Below are positions 1-12,206 of a DNA stretch of 64,000 bases, in pieces. Location of the stretch: NCBI GenBank assembly GCA_051362555.1, contig CM120649.1:4464001-4528000 (forward strand), read 5' to 3'. The notes under the pieces are model-generated. The model had not been told where the DNA came from. It did no database searches and was given only the letters and a program-made list of their open reading frames with translations. Numbering within the stretch: the first letter of the stretch is position 1; every line of letters begins with the position of its first letter. Both the position numbers and the translations under genes were made by a program. Origin of the DNA: Lingula anatina. Taxonomy: Eukaryota > Animalia > Brachiopoda.

Positions 1-2375
1 CAAAGACATATATCTCATCATTTCATAAAATATCTTTAAGAGTAACATTTACCCTAGTTTTAACCAAGATTCATCAAGGGTAGTCCAAATACACGAAAAA
101 TTAATTTCCGACCCAAAACTTCTTTAATTTTAGTAAATATATATGGACTTTTCTCGAACATGAACAGATGTAAAATTCATTTTTTCATCTTTTAAATTTG
201 TGTTGAAGTCGGTAAAAGTTATCACTACTGTCTACCCTGTACAAGCTCCAATGCTTGCGTAGTGAAGAGTTTCCTTAGGCCTTCAACCACGACCTGATCA
301 TTTTTCAAGGTTATATACACAAAGGAAACACAATTGGGTCAGTTTCATTCAAAGGGACCCTAAGCGTGATGGTATATTCTCAGTGTGTTAGTTGTACTAC
401 TGACTGGCCCTGAAAATGGATTGTAGCGCATGCCCGTTTGCAAAATAGTAAGCATTAGAGCACCGAGGTTGTATAACCTGTATTGCATCATAAAGAAGCC
501 GTCCAAGTCTAGTCACGTACATCAGTTTGTTTACATCAACTGTAAACGGCCTATCAAATTACGTCTAATTAAGGTTATAGCGCCCATCAAATTTGACAGC
601 AAGACATAAATGTGTACAAGTTATCAGTCGGTGGTTCAGTTAAAATTCCTCTTGCTATTATGATTCGTTTGGGGACTGACCCTATTAATGGTGGGATGTC
701 CTTCCGATAGGCTCCCAGTTTATTTAAGCTCGCCCATTAAAAAGAAACTCACATGCTCATAAGGACAAAAAAGGAACACGTGTTTCCTACATATATTTTA
801 TTGCTTTGAGTTGTGTAAGCAGGCAATGTTTTCATTATGTTCAGTGGGCTGCTTGGGTTGTCACTGATCTGTAATCTATTAAAAGAACCACAATTAAAAA
901 AAGGCAATACGTAAATTGATATACCCTTATTATATAATGACTATAACTCCATATTCGACTAAACTAAAGAGCGATGCGATGCAATGCCACCATGTCAGTT
1001 TTGCACCTTTTCTAAAAGATTGGATATAACACATTTACATAATCCACGTTTATATTGATCATTTTGAAAACAATTTTCTCACCTCTTCTCAATGCCAAGA
1101 CCCTGTTATCACCAGGCAGTACCAATGTTTAAAAGCAACCTTCCCCTTATCCCTCCGGCCCCCACATGCGGGTCTTAATACGTATGTCGCAACATGGGTG
1201 CGCCTGCGTATACATGACCTAAATTGCACAACAGCAAAGTACGTGTGGGTATTTTAATTATTAAACCGGTTTCAAAATTTAAAAACAGCTACTGCATTCG
1301 GTGTTGAAAAGTACTGCTTGCATAACTGATGAAAGAGGCAATGCAGTATATTATTAAGGCCCGTAGGAGGGTTAAATTGCTTTTAAATCACGTTTTTGAT
1401 GCTTTTTTTTGCGTGTTTATAATAATCAAAAAGTATCTGATATTCGATGTAATAATGTTTTTGGGGTTTGCACTGCAAAATGTGTTTTTGATGAGTTTTT
1501 CAACCGGCACGCGCCCCAGTCAGACTGACGACTAAGCCACGCCTCTGTTGCTATGGGCTGTTGCCATGAGGGGCAGAGCAAAGTTAATGAGTTATAAGCC
1601 TATTACGTGTGTGGTAAAAGGTCATAAGTCTTACATCAGCCGAGCAGTGAAGAAGTCCAGTACAATATGGGGAAGAGAAAAGTTCGTTTGTAAGCAAAAT
1701 CAATAAAGAAAAGAAAAAAGAGACCGGTAACAATACTTTTGGGTCCTAATTTTGGCGATATATATCGGCGAGCGTATCTGGACAAGTTACGAAACCGTAA
1801 ATGTTCGACGCCGTTTCAAAAACGTATTTTGTTGGCTGTATTTTTCACGCAACATAGAATCTATTGATTAAAACTCATATTGACAAAAATTAGTTTTATT
1901 CTCTTTCTATGAATATATTAAGAAGCTTGAGAGACACGCGAATGAATTTTGATGGGAATGGCTAAATGAGAGATGTTCAAACGAGGGTTGATTTGAAAAA
2001 AAAAAAAAATGCATGTTAGCGGGATATCGCATTTTGCGATGTTTGGAGAAAATTAATTGCACAATCGCTCATCAAGCGGAAAGAAAGAGTTCAAAGAGTT
2101 CAAAATGTAGGCATAGATAGAACTCACAAAAAAGACCACGAGAATATATTAACATTCTGTAGGTCCATTACGTTATGTCCCGTAGTGCATATAATGAAAT
2201 TTGGGTGATGATAATACTCGCTCTTAAGCATTATGTATTGTGCATCTATATTGTTAAACTAACCTCTTTTGTATACAATATTCCTTTTGTATACCTGTAC
2301 ATAAGACGACTTTGCTAGCTTGTTTATATACTTTCTCTCCCTCTATTCTTTTCAGTATTAGTGGATGAGGTAGGT

Positions 2376-2407
<32 letters not shown>

Positions 2408-2778
2408 GGAGCAGCTGTACATAGCACCAGCAGCGGCAGAAGCAACGACAGTAGCATTAGAAGTAGTGTCTGGTAATAGTAAAAGCTCTATCTATTTACT
2501 GTACTCGTGTGATGATCGATCGAGTTTAAAGAAAATGCAGTCTAAAGCTCGTTTACGGCTGATTCAGTTTATCTCTTCGCATGTCGAATTTATTTGAGTC
2601 GTATAAGAAACAAGTACAATTGGTTTATATGCGTTAACGGGAATCCAAGATCCACCGATGCTCGGTTTGTATGAACATTTAAGATATTACAATATAGTAA
2701 CCACGAAAAGAGAACGTTACCTACGAAGAAAACTATCCCTGATGCACTAATCAAGGCTAAAGTATATGTCTTTTAAAT

Positions 2779-2782
<4 letters not shown>

Positions 2783-2843
<61 letters not shown>
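2783..2843. repeat. (AT)n microsatellite
   Basis: Perfect AT dinucleotide run; a similar run lies at ~47114-47182. Confidence 0.95.
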
Positions 2844-2847
<4 letters not shown>

Positions 2848-2910
2848 GTATATATGTGTGTATAACAAAGTTAGTTTTTAAATGTATGTTAACATTGAAA
2901 CTCCTGGAGC

Positions 2911-4355
2911 CTACGTGGAGCAGGTAAATTCAAATGGACTCCCTTGGCTTCTCCAGGTTACGATGTTTAATACCTCGACCCAGGCGTTGTTACTGCGTGA
3001 ACAGTTCAAAGGCATTCCTCCAGCTGGTACGGATACAGGTGTTATCGACGACACTCCTCTACCACGGAGCCTGCATCGGTTGTTTCTGCATCTCCATTGC
3101 GGTATTTCGAAGTTGTATTCCACTGTCAGCTGACATATAAGCGTTACGATAGGCTGAAATTGGAATACGTGTAGGTGAAACGAGTGCTGATAAAGAAACA
3201 ACAGAATTTACATGTCAACGATATTTTTTTTAGCTAAAGAAAAGAACACCAAGTCTAAATGGGTTATATACGTCACGTTACTAAGTGAATGAATTTACAG
3301 CGCTGAGATATACCATCTTATATCTCATTTTATAGGGCATTGGAGTTGTAGGGTTATAGCAACCTGAAAATTATTCGTATGTTTATTGTACGAATAGCAA
3401 ATTCCTCTGGTGTTTCGTGCGTGTTTGTGGGCGTGTACGTATGTGTACATTATGTTTGTAACTCCACCAACATACCATCAGGAAATCAACTATTTGTCTC
3501 TCCACTCCCATCCTTCTTAAACCAATGCAGTCATATGACCTGTTATTGCAGTCGAGGCGCACTTCGCAGCGGGTTCCCACAACTACGTACACAAAAATAA
3601 ACGAATTAGCCTTTCTTTGTCCCAAACCTCGGGCTATATGGCAAAATTCATCAAAAGGTAAACATTGTGTGTTAGACTTTTGCCTAGCAAATAAATATCA
3701 TATGAATGTTAACTTTTCCCTTAATCACTAAAGTATATTCAGTTTTGCACCGTTGAGAAAATTACGACCTACTACATTTTATCTAATTTTCTAATTGTTC
3801 AGTCGCTCTCGTACAGAGATGGATACTGACTAAATTCACTTGCATGATTATTACAATCCCAAATCACAAAGTAATAATTAATAGAACAAAAACAAAAATA
3901 ATAAAAACAAATATTAAAAACACACTTACTATTTCTACACATTCCGTTCCGACCCGGAATTGACGTCAGAGGACAAAGACAAACCTGGGGGGAGCCCGTA
4001 ATTACCGAAAACAACGGGTTCGTTACACATCGGGTGCCATCGCCACAAGACAGTGGTGGGTAAATGGTGCCGTTCCCCGCCGACGAACAAGGACTGAATA
4101 AGCTTGTGCTCAGATCGTTTATAAAACCTGGGAATACATTCATCATTTATTCATTCATTCATAAAGCCATAAAGTCTCAACTTGCTGTTAATGGACAATA
4201 AATGGATGATTTCTGCCGCAACACTAATAACTACCACGTACTGATGATATGGTTGTCAAAATTGTTCACTTTTCTGTATGGAGATATCTTTTATAATCAC
4301 CTGAAGAGCGTACGACTACCACGGTGAACTTACCTGTGAAGGGTGGTAAACTCAT
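2911..4355 (-). CDS. Spliced cysteine-rich orphan protein (~189 aa, 14 Cys; first full exon EGF/EB-module-like), probably secreted; 5' end uncertain
   Basis: Exons 4334-4355 (tentative), 3930-4127, 3476-3582 and 2911-3153 have canonical ag/gt boundaries (donors gtaagt, gtaagt, gtatgt) and compatible phases (1,1,0), giving one open frame ending ...FEFTCST*. Exon 3930-4127 is a phase 1-1 six-Cys module. Confidence 0.6.
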
Positions 4356-6682
4356 TTTCCACTGCTAAATGCTTATCTGGAAAACTAAAAGCGCAAAAAA
4401 TAACATGGCATGTACCGGTAAAATAGCAGAAGCTGAAAACAACACAAAAAACATTTCTAAAAACATGGCATCGCTAACATTACGTGTAATCTGGTGAAAA
4501 GTATAAAATCTTCTTGTATTTACTTGCGGGTGCGTCGCTGGTGAGAAAAGGGAAGGACGTATATACCTTGCACGTCTAGTGTACGTCGTCTCTACGAGCT
4601 TTTTAGCCCATCTTTTACAGTCGCGCCGGCTTTAATAGAAAGCCGATTATATCGCCTGGTCAACGAGAGGCTACCCGTTATCAGACGTATGCATTTAAAT
4701 TATATTGATGATAATTAATAAGGAATAAGGGACTTTGCATGTGCAAACCGACCATTATGATCTCTTTCCCGATAATGCTGTGTTTCGGTATGCGTGCATA
4801 TGCAAACTACATTGTGGAAATCGACCATGATGATCTCTTCCTCGATAATGATGTATCTCGTGTCGCCAGTTATTTCCCAAAATATTACAATTTTTCACGT
4901 CCTTTGTGCCTGTAATTTTATCGTCAGTCAAAAACTATACATTGATATAACATATATATTTGACATATGCACACTTTAGAGTTGAATAACGCATTTCGCA
5001 AAAGACGGACGGTATGAAATATGAACTTAAGCTAGAAAAATGACCAACAATAGTGAAATGACATTGTAAATTCCGTTGTTGCACCATCCAAGTTCCAAAC
5101 CATGGACAAATTTACGAAGGGACTTGAAACAAGGCAAATTCATTTGAAGACATCTGCATTCGGGTAAACATTCGCCCATTGTGTCAGATAAGCTGTTTTG
5201 ATAGCTCCACGGGTCCGTGATGTATGATTTATAACTGGTTTTTACACTAGATATACTTTCCGATCGGATAATAGTCAAAAACAAATATACTACAATTCTC
5301 CATGAACAAACATATGAAATTTTCATCTAGCTTCCAAATTGAGACAACAAATTTTTCTTTTACTTAGTCCCTATAAGTTTCTTGCCTTTTCCACCCGAAG
5401 GTCTGCCTCATGCTATCGCCATCTACCAGTCCAAAAAAAAAAAAATAAATAATAATAATAAAAATCTACACGCCTAAATAAAATAAAAATAAAAAAACGC
5501 ATCGATATGCGCTCTACCTGCAGTACCTGTGATCCAAACGCAAGTGGTTTCACGAACAACTCGCGCTCAACCGATTCTCCGTTAATCTCGCTCCGCGACA
5601 CCAATCCCTTCGTTATTATGTTCGTTACAATGTCCAAGTACAAGCCAAAATCTCAGATTCTACTCTGCGTGATACTGTCTTGTATGTATCAAAACCCTAG
5701 AAAAGATTTTCATTAAGATATGCTGTACAGTGCGGTCTGATTTACATGTAGGCTTAACTCATGAAATGAACGTCGTATCAGCAGTGGGGAATCTTTAGAA
5801 TACTGACCGGCTCAGACCCAAACTCGAAACCAGTTTTACAAATCTTGTTTATGGATCTGGACTCTGAAATACATGTTTTCCTTGTGCGTCCTTATACCTG
5901 AATATTGTACTCACAGTTCCCGACTAATAGAAATTACCAAATATTTTGCATTTCTTCCGTTTTTGTCGTTTTTATATTTCAGATCTTCGCACTTGACTTG
6001 ATTCATGCTTATAACAATTATACCAACTTCCATCGGTAGCGACCCCTGTTAATAGTTTTAAAATGTTAACTTTATTAATTATATCATATTATTGTCACCA
6101 TTCACATTATTGTCACCATTCGTTTATTTGGCACAATCAGTTTTTACAAGACTTTCAACTATTACCTTCATATGGACAACAGCGTAGCCACGTGAATGAA
6201 ATACATAGTCAAATTCCGTACGTTATCGGATAGTTAATAGTAAAACAATGAATGATAAGCACGAGAAAATGTAAGAAGAAGGCTATCGAAAAGCAAAAAT
6301 GTGCATCTCTGTTCTCCCACAAATGACTAATAATAAGTACACGTTATAGAAGTTAGGTGGAAGAAAACTCGCTGTTAATATTCGCAATGTTTTTGCAGCA
6401 GAATTGAGGTACTGTACTAACTTGTTCGCCCACAAGTCCACATAGTAGTAATTACGCACAAGGAAATGTTCACAATGTTTTTGCTGCAGATTTTAGATAA
6501 AAACCTCTTGGCCCAAATAATGACTAAGTCTGTGAAGTAGAAATTAAGGAGGAGACCTGCTGATAATATTCGCAATGTTTTTGCAAAAAAAAAAAAAAAA
6601 AATGAAAAAATGAAACAGGATAGAGATGCCTTGAAATTGAGCAGTAAAAAAACATAGTTATCAAACCAGGCTGCTGTACAGG

Positions 6683-7130
6683 TATTTAGACCACGGTGAA
6701 AGTGAAGAACAAAAGACTCAGACGTGGTGTAACTTGCATAACCGCACGTCTCGCATGAATGCGTTATAACCTGTTCATAGACCGTGGTCTAAATAAGATA
6801 GACCCCTCGTCAGCGGGGGTTATGTGACATCCACTCGTGCGACCCTCGCTGACTCGGGGTCTATCTATTACTTATACTTCTCTTTGGCGCATACACTAGT
6901 ACAGTGTATACATACCTAGGGATGTTATATGACCGTGGCGATATGATGATCACTGAAGCCTGTCCAATTGGGCAAGCTTCAGTGGAGATCGAGGGCAACC
7001 TCGAGCCGCTACACAAAAATGTCTCGCTTCACTCGACATTTCTGCGTAGTGTCTCTCGGAAACCTCGGATTTAACCTCGATGTAGTCTAGAATTTCACGA
7101 CTACATCTTGGTTAAATCAGTCGAGGTCTC
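6683..7130. mobile_element. Cluster of short stem-loops, probable non-autonomous DNA element remnants
   Basis: Inverted pairs tatttagaccacggt/accgtggtctaaata, agatagacccc...ggggtctatct, cactgaagc...gcttcagtg and gatttaacc...ggttaaatc. Confidence 0.4.
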
Positions 7131-7202
7131 TTAAATGCCGAAAGCCAAAGACAGAGTGATCATGTGACCTTCTTGGCATCAAGAGAATAGTTGCTTGCGT
7201 TT

Positions 7203-8276
7203 TTGCCTCAGTTTTCGGCCTTACAAGCTCACGGTACCCTTACCGCTGGTAAGGCCTCATAGCAGTATGTACAAAAAACTTGAGACACTTAAGTACCTCG
7301 AAATGTCCACGTTCTGACAATCTCTGTGGGTCCTCCGTTGTACCTTGTAGTATGTAAATCCAATTAAAAGTGTTTTCGTGTACCTTCAGGCACGAAGTTC
7401 ATAAAGTTTTGGTCACTTTATTTCAGCTTCCTACTGCACCGACACAACAGCACGCCATATTGTGGTACACTTGCGGAAAGGACGACCACCTTTTCAAGGT
7501 TGACCTCGAGATGGAGTTGACCTGTTTCACGTTTCCAATGTAAACTTTTAGCGCCCTCGGGTGACGAGTTGTGAAAAATGGTGTTTGATCCATGTAGGCA
7601 ACCTAGCTCCAGTTTATAATGTTTTACAAGCATTTGGCCATCCATTTGCGCTTCTGACGAATTTATTTTGATTAAGGGCGAAAATATAATACTACTAAAA
7701 ATAAAAAATAAAACAATACGTGATTTTTAAATATATTTTTATTGCTATACAATACTATAATTATAAAATTTCTCAAATATTTTTTCATGTAGGTTTTAAG
7801 GCAAAGGTAGGCCAAATTCGTCAGAAGCGCAAATGGATGGCCAAATGCTTGTAAAACATTATAAACTGGAGCTAGGTTGCCTACATGGATCAAACACCAT
7901 TTTTCACAACTCGTCACCCGAGGGCGCTAAAAGTTTACATTGGAAACGTGAAACAGGTCAACTCCATTTCGAGGTCAACCTTGAAAAGGTGGTCGTCCTT
8001 TCCGCAAGTGTACCACAATATGGCGTGCTGTTGTGTCGGTGCAGTAGGAAGCTGAAATAAAGTGACCAAAACTTTATGAACTTCGTGCCTGAAGGTACAC
8101 GAAAACACTTTTAATTGGATTTACATACTACAAGGTACAACGGAGGACCCACAGAGATTGTCAGAACGTGGACATTTCGAGGTACTTAAGTGTCTCAAGT
8201 TTTTTGTACATACTGCTATGAGGCCTTACCAGCGGTAAGGGTACCGTGAGCTTGTAAGGCCCGAAAACTGAGGCAA
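7203..8276. mobile_element. Foldback/MULE-like non-autonomous DNA transposon with ~460 bp TIRs and 9-bp TSD
   Basis: Arms 7203-7664 and 7814-8276 are near-perfect inverted repeats around a ~150 bp AT-rich spacer, flanked by direct repeat cttgcgttt at 7194-7202 and 8277-8285. Confidence 0.88.
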
Positions 8277-8388
8277 CTTGCGTTTTAGACCTACCAGTAG
8301 ACAAATTTAAAATCTCTCACGCTATTAAAAAAAATAGCATAAACTTTTCACGTTTAACAATTATTATTTATCATTTTATTACACTAAT

Positions 8389-8443
8389 TCATATCATATG
8401 ATATCATATGATATCATATCATATCATATCATATCATATCATA
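8389..8443. repeat. (CATAT)n pentanucleotide microsatellite
   Basis: Direct reading: catatcatat... run with a few gatat variants. Confidence 0.85.
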
Positions 8444-8579
8444 TGGGTATGGTTTGAAAAGGGGGATTAGTTTATATTTAAGCCACACGTGCATACAAAT
8501 TATTTGTAAATCTATAACTTTTTAACGAGGGTTGTGCTATTTACCTTTTGTTTTTAAGCTGTTCATTCTTTCTCTTTAC

Positions 8580-9010
8580 CAGATATATCGGTAAAAATCA
8601 AATGTATATCCCCTTTGAACTTGTAATTACGTGTAGCACATGAATGCTCTGAAAACCAGCACATGTATATTCCAAAACCGCCTCGTGGTAAAAAAATGTC
8701 ACCAAAACGTAGGATTACTACTCCTGTGGACTTGAAATAAACATCCGTTTGATTTTGACTATATTCCGTAACCGCCTCGTCGTCAGAAATGACAATAAAA
8801 ACTAGAATTATTATTCCCGTGAATTTGTAATAAACATCCGTCGATTTTGAATATATTCCGAAACTGCCTCGTTGTCAGAAATATCACCAAAAAGTACATT
8901 TCTTTCTCCTTTGCACTTGTGAAAAATTAGTTTGACTAGATTCCGGTCCGACGCTCCTTTTTTTTATCAGAAATGTCACTAAAAAGTAGAGGTTTTGCCT
9001 TGGGACCTTG
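8580..9010. repeat. Degenerate ~93-bp tandem repeat (about 4 units)
   Basis: Motif atattcc..aaccgcctcgt..cagaaatgtcaccaaaa recurs at ~8667, 8761 and 8853, and partially at ~8940. Confidence 0.7.
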
Positions 9011-12000
9011 TTTCCGCAGCAGTCCCAGCTAAGTGTGGCTCAGCTGAGACGCGCATGGTCAGTGTCGACGGTTGATTAAATACTTCTCAAGCCAGTTGAA
9101 CGTCCACGACAAGTATTTAGCAAAAATTGACCAAATTGGTCAGACATTACGTAAGAATTTGGCGGGAGGTGACCAGCACACGTGGACGCTCGAGGTGTTA
9201 TGGCATATATCGCTCGGGTGACAGTGTATTATCTCGCACATAAAGTAGAAGGCTGCTCCTGTAACGCATGAAGCGGTGAAACGTAACGCGGTGAATCAGT
9301 ATACCTCATTTCTTCTGAGATTTTGTGAAGCATGCATGATTACAGTAGAATGCTACTTCTGAGGAATATATGACATTGTAAATTCAAGCTTGTCTCACTG
9401 CGCCAGCTGTTGCACCATCAATATTCTAAACCAAAATCTCAGATTCTACTCCGCGTGATACTGTCTTGCATATATTAAAATCTTGCATAAGAGGCTTGTT
9501 CAATACAGTATATCTTAGATTTTCATTATGATATGCTGCAGAGTGCGATACAAACCCCTTAATCCAAGCAACCGCAGGGGAAATCTGGGCACCGTTTTTA
9601 TTTCCGTTACGCCCCTTTTTATTGTCGCAAGCAGTGATTGTTTCAAAATCGGTTTTAACAGAAGGCGGTTCGGTCTTAGATGTATACGCTCATGATATAA
9701 ATGCTGTATCAGCAAGTGGGCAATATTTAACGGCTGAGACCCAAACTCGAAAACAAATGTACAGCTCCTGTTTATAAACTTTACTCCGAAATACATGCAT
9801 TATTTGGGCGTCCACAGGCTAGAATACAGTGGCGGATTTAGAGGGGAGGGTCAGGGGGGTCTTGAACCCCCCTTCGATTTCTGAAAAAAATCACACCAAA
9901 TATTATCTCTTCAAATTAGAATTTTGACTAGCCGAATTATAGTTCTGAACCGTACCAAATGGCATTGTTCGCCCTCTAAAATACCCAAATTTTCCGCGGA
10001 CCCCCCCTTCATCGGGCCCCGTACCCCACGCCAAGGGGGGGGGGGGGGGGTCGGCTTCGCATCCGCCCCCCCCCCCCCGGAATATTGTACTCACAGTTGA
10101 CTACGAAAGATAAATACAAATGTCCGAACATGGAATAATTCCAGTTTCCCCTCTTACAGGTAGTACCTGTCATTTCTGACACCCTTGTATCCCCTTTCTC
10201 CCCCGCATCGTTAGTCTCACACAACGGTATTTTCTACATCCAATCATTACTCCCCCACTTGTATACCCCCGGTTAAAATGAAATATAAACATATAATTAT
10301 CACTTTTGAAGCTTGAATGAAAGTACAACCTTTTTATGCTATCAAAAATGCGCCTTCCCAGTCCGAAAGTGAGTTTTTTCCGAATCAGCATTAAAAATGT
10401 GGAGGAGTAAAGCAGGGGCGTAACCAGGCAAACGCACGGATGCATTGTGCGTACAATTATTTAGGCCAACCATGATATTATTCTCTATAAAATGAGTGTA
10501 CAGGCACTGAGTACATTAGAGCACTGAAATTGCCGGAATATTTAAAACTTTGTGATGATTTTATTACTAGTGAAAGCTTTGAGCAATGATATTTGGCACA
10601 TATGGATTAGGATATCCTTTATCTGTTGCGGAAGTCTACATTTAGCTGTACCTGGGAATTTGAAAATCCGTGCGTACAATTTTAAAAGGTCTGGGTCCGC
10701 CCCTGTAACGATGCAGTGGCGTGTAGATACGAGTTCTAATTTTGCTAGCCTACAGGAAGTAAACACTGCAGATTTAGTTTTAACTGGTACTTCAATAGCT
10801 TTTATTAAAAGGAAGTTCATGCCTACCCAACTACCAGACGCTGCACCGAATGATCCAGAATTCACCGTATGGTAAATCGGATGGCGCAGTCGGTTTTCAG
10901 GTTTTGTGTCGGTACACGCTTCGAAGTATCAGATGTGACACCCTCTTGGTGGTGTATGGATACGAGTTCTAATTTTCGGTGTAAAAGAAACATTTTTACA
11001 CTAAAAGAGCAGAATAGACCATGCGTGAGGCCGTAGGCCACAGATCGTGACGTAGTAGGCCACAACTTACTCTACGTTCACTGTACGCGTTCAATGTCGA
11101 GCTGAAACTCTCCATGAGGTGATCTACAGTACTGTGCATGGGTACGCCACCTTGCCACCGTTCTTCTATATATTGAGTGACACATTTGCAGTGATTGAAA
11201 CGAGGCTTGCGGGTGTGCGTGTTTATATACAAACAGACAAAAGTTAGCCATTTGTTGGATGTACATGGATTTGCATTATGAAAAAAGTAAATAAATCTGA
11301 ATGGTCAATATTCATTACACGGATGTCCCAAAGAATAAATGTCAATGTTATGTAGGCCTACAGGTTCAACCTTTGCGATGGCGCTCTTACGGTAGCCAAC
11401 AAGGTGGAAAATGCTTTACTAGCACAAAAGTTCTTTGTGAAATGCGTTTGAGGTGACAGTATTGATTTCACCGGTGAGGTTAAAGCAATTAGTGCACCAT
11501 TCAAACTCGTCATCATCAAAAATACTGCATTTATTTTACCTTTAGCACCGATACTGTTTTTTTAATTATGGTATAATTTTTTTTTGGTATTTATTCTTGT
11601 AAATTAGATAACGTGTTGATATAGTTTAAAACGGGCTTATATCTGATAGTTAAACAGCAATGCGTTTGGGGGCAGAGTGTTACACGGCTTTAACCGAAAT
11701 AATTACATGTAATTCTACCGACATCGTTCCACTTCTTATCTAAACGGTACAATTTGAAATAAAATGTTTATACTGAGCACAACAAAGATAATCTCCATTT
11801 TTTTATTTAAGCAAAACTGAATATTCATGACTCAACATTTTGTTTATTAAAGCCATTACTGTATTAAAATTGGCGTACAAATCATTCAATTAACGAATTA
11901 TTTGGTTCATAACTATCATACCCCCCATGCAGATAGATATCCACGTTACCAGTATTAAAAAATCCAATGCTACCCAGTACATGTGTCTTGTTACATATTT

Positions 12001-12206
12001 TTATATTGCATTTAATCTTGCAATTCATCACCCTGTCAATGTAATTCCGGATACATTTATGTGAATGCATGCAATCCCATGATATTTCTTAGCCATCTAG
12101 ATCTTCGTGTCTTTACCAGTAGAATGTTACGTTTTAATTACAGTTAATAAGTTCAAACACTGAAAACTTCCTCCGGATCAGTTTAAAACATTTCTGACAC
12201 CAAAAA

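Noticed and set aside
1-2700. Short ORFs and (GT)n/G-run sequence at the left end
   Set aside because: Low complexity with no coherent exon chain or recognisable motif.
2882-3133. Plus-strand 83-aa ORF
   Set aside because: It is antisense to the minus-strand terminal exon, which has the better splice and phase support.
7418-8060. Mirror-image 75-aa ORFs at 7418-7645 (-) and 7833-8060 (+)
   Set aside because: They are a by-product of the inverted arms; no recognisable domain or splice context.
8580-9010. Regularly spaced repeats resembling a CRISPR array (also 52309-54015)
   Set aside because: The whole unit repeats degenerately with no unique spacers, there are no cas genes, and the context is eukaryotic.
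10552-11065. Overlapping 107-aa ORFs on both strands with repeated gatacgagttctaattt (DTSSNF)
   Set aside because: No recognisable family or consistent splice sites; it may be a decayed coding fragment but I cannot support a call.
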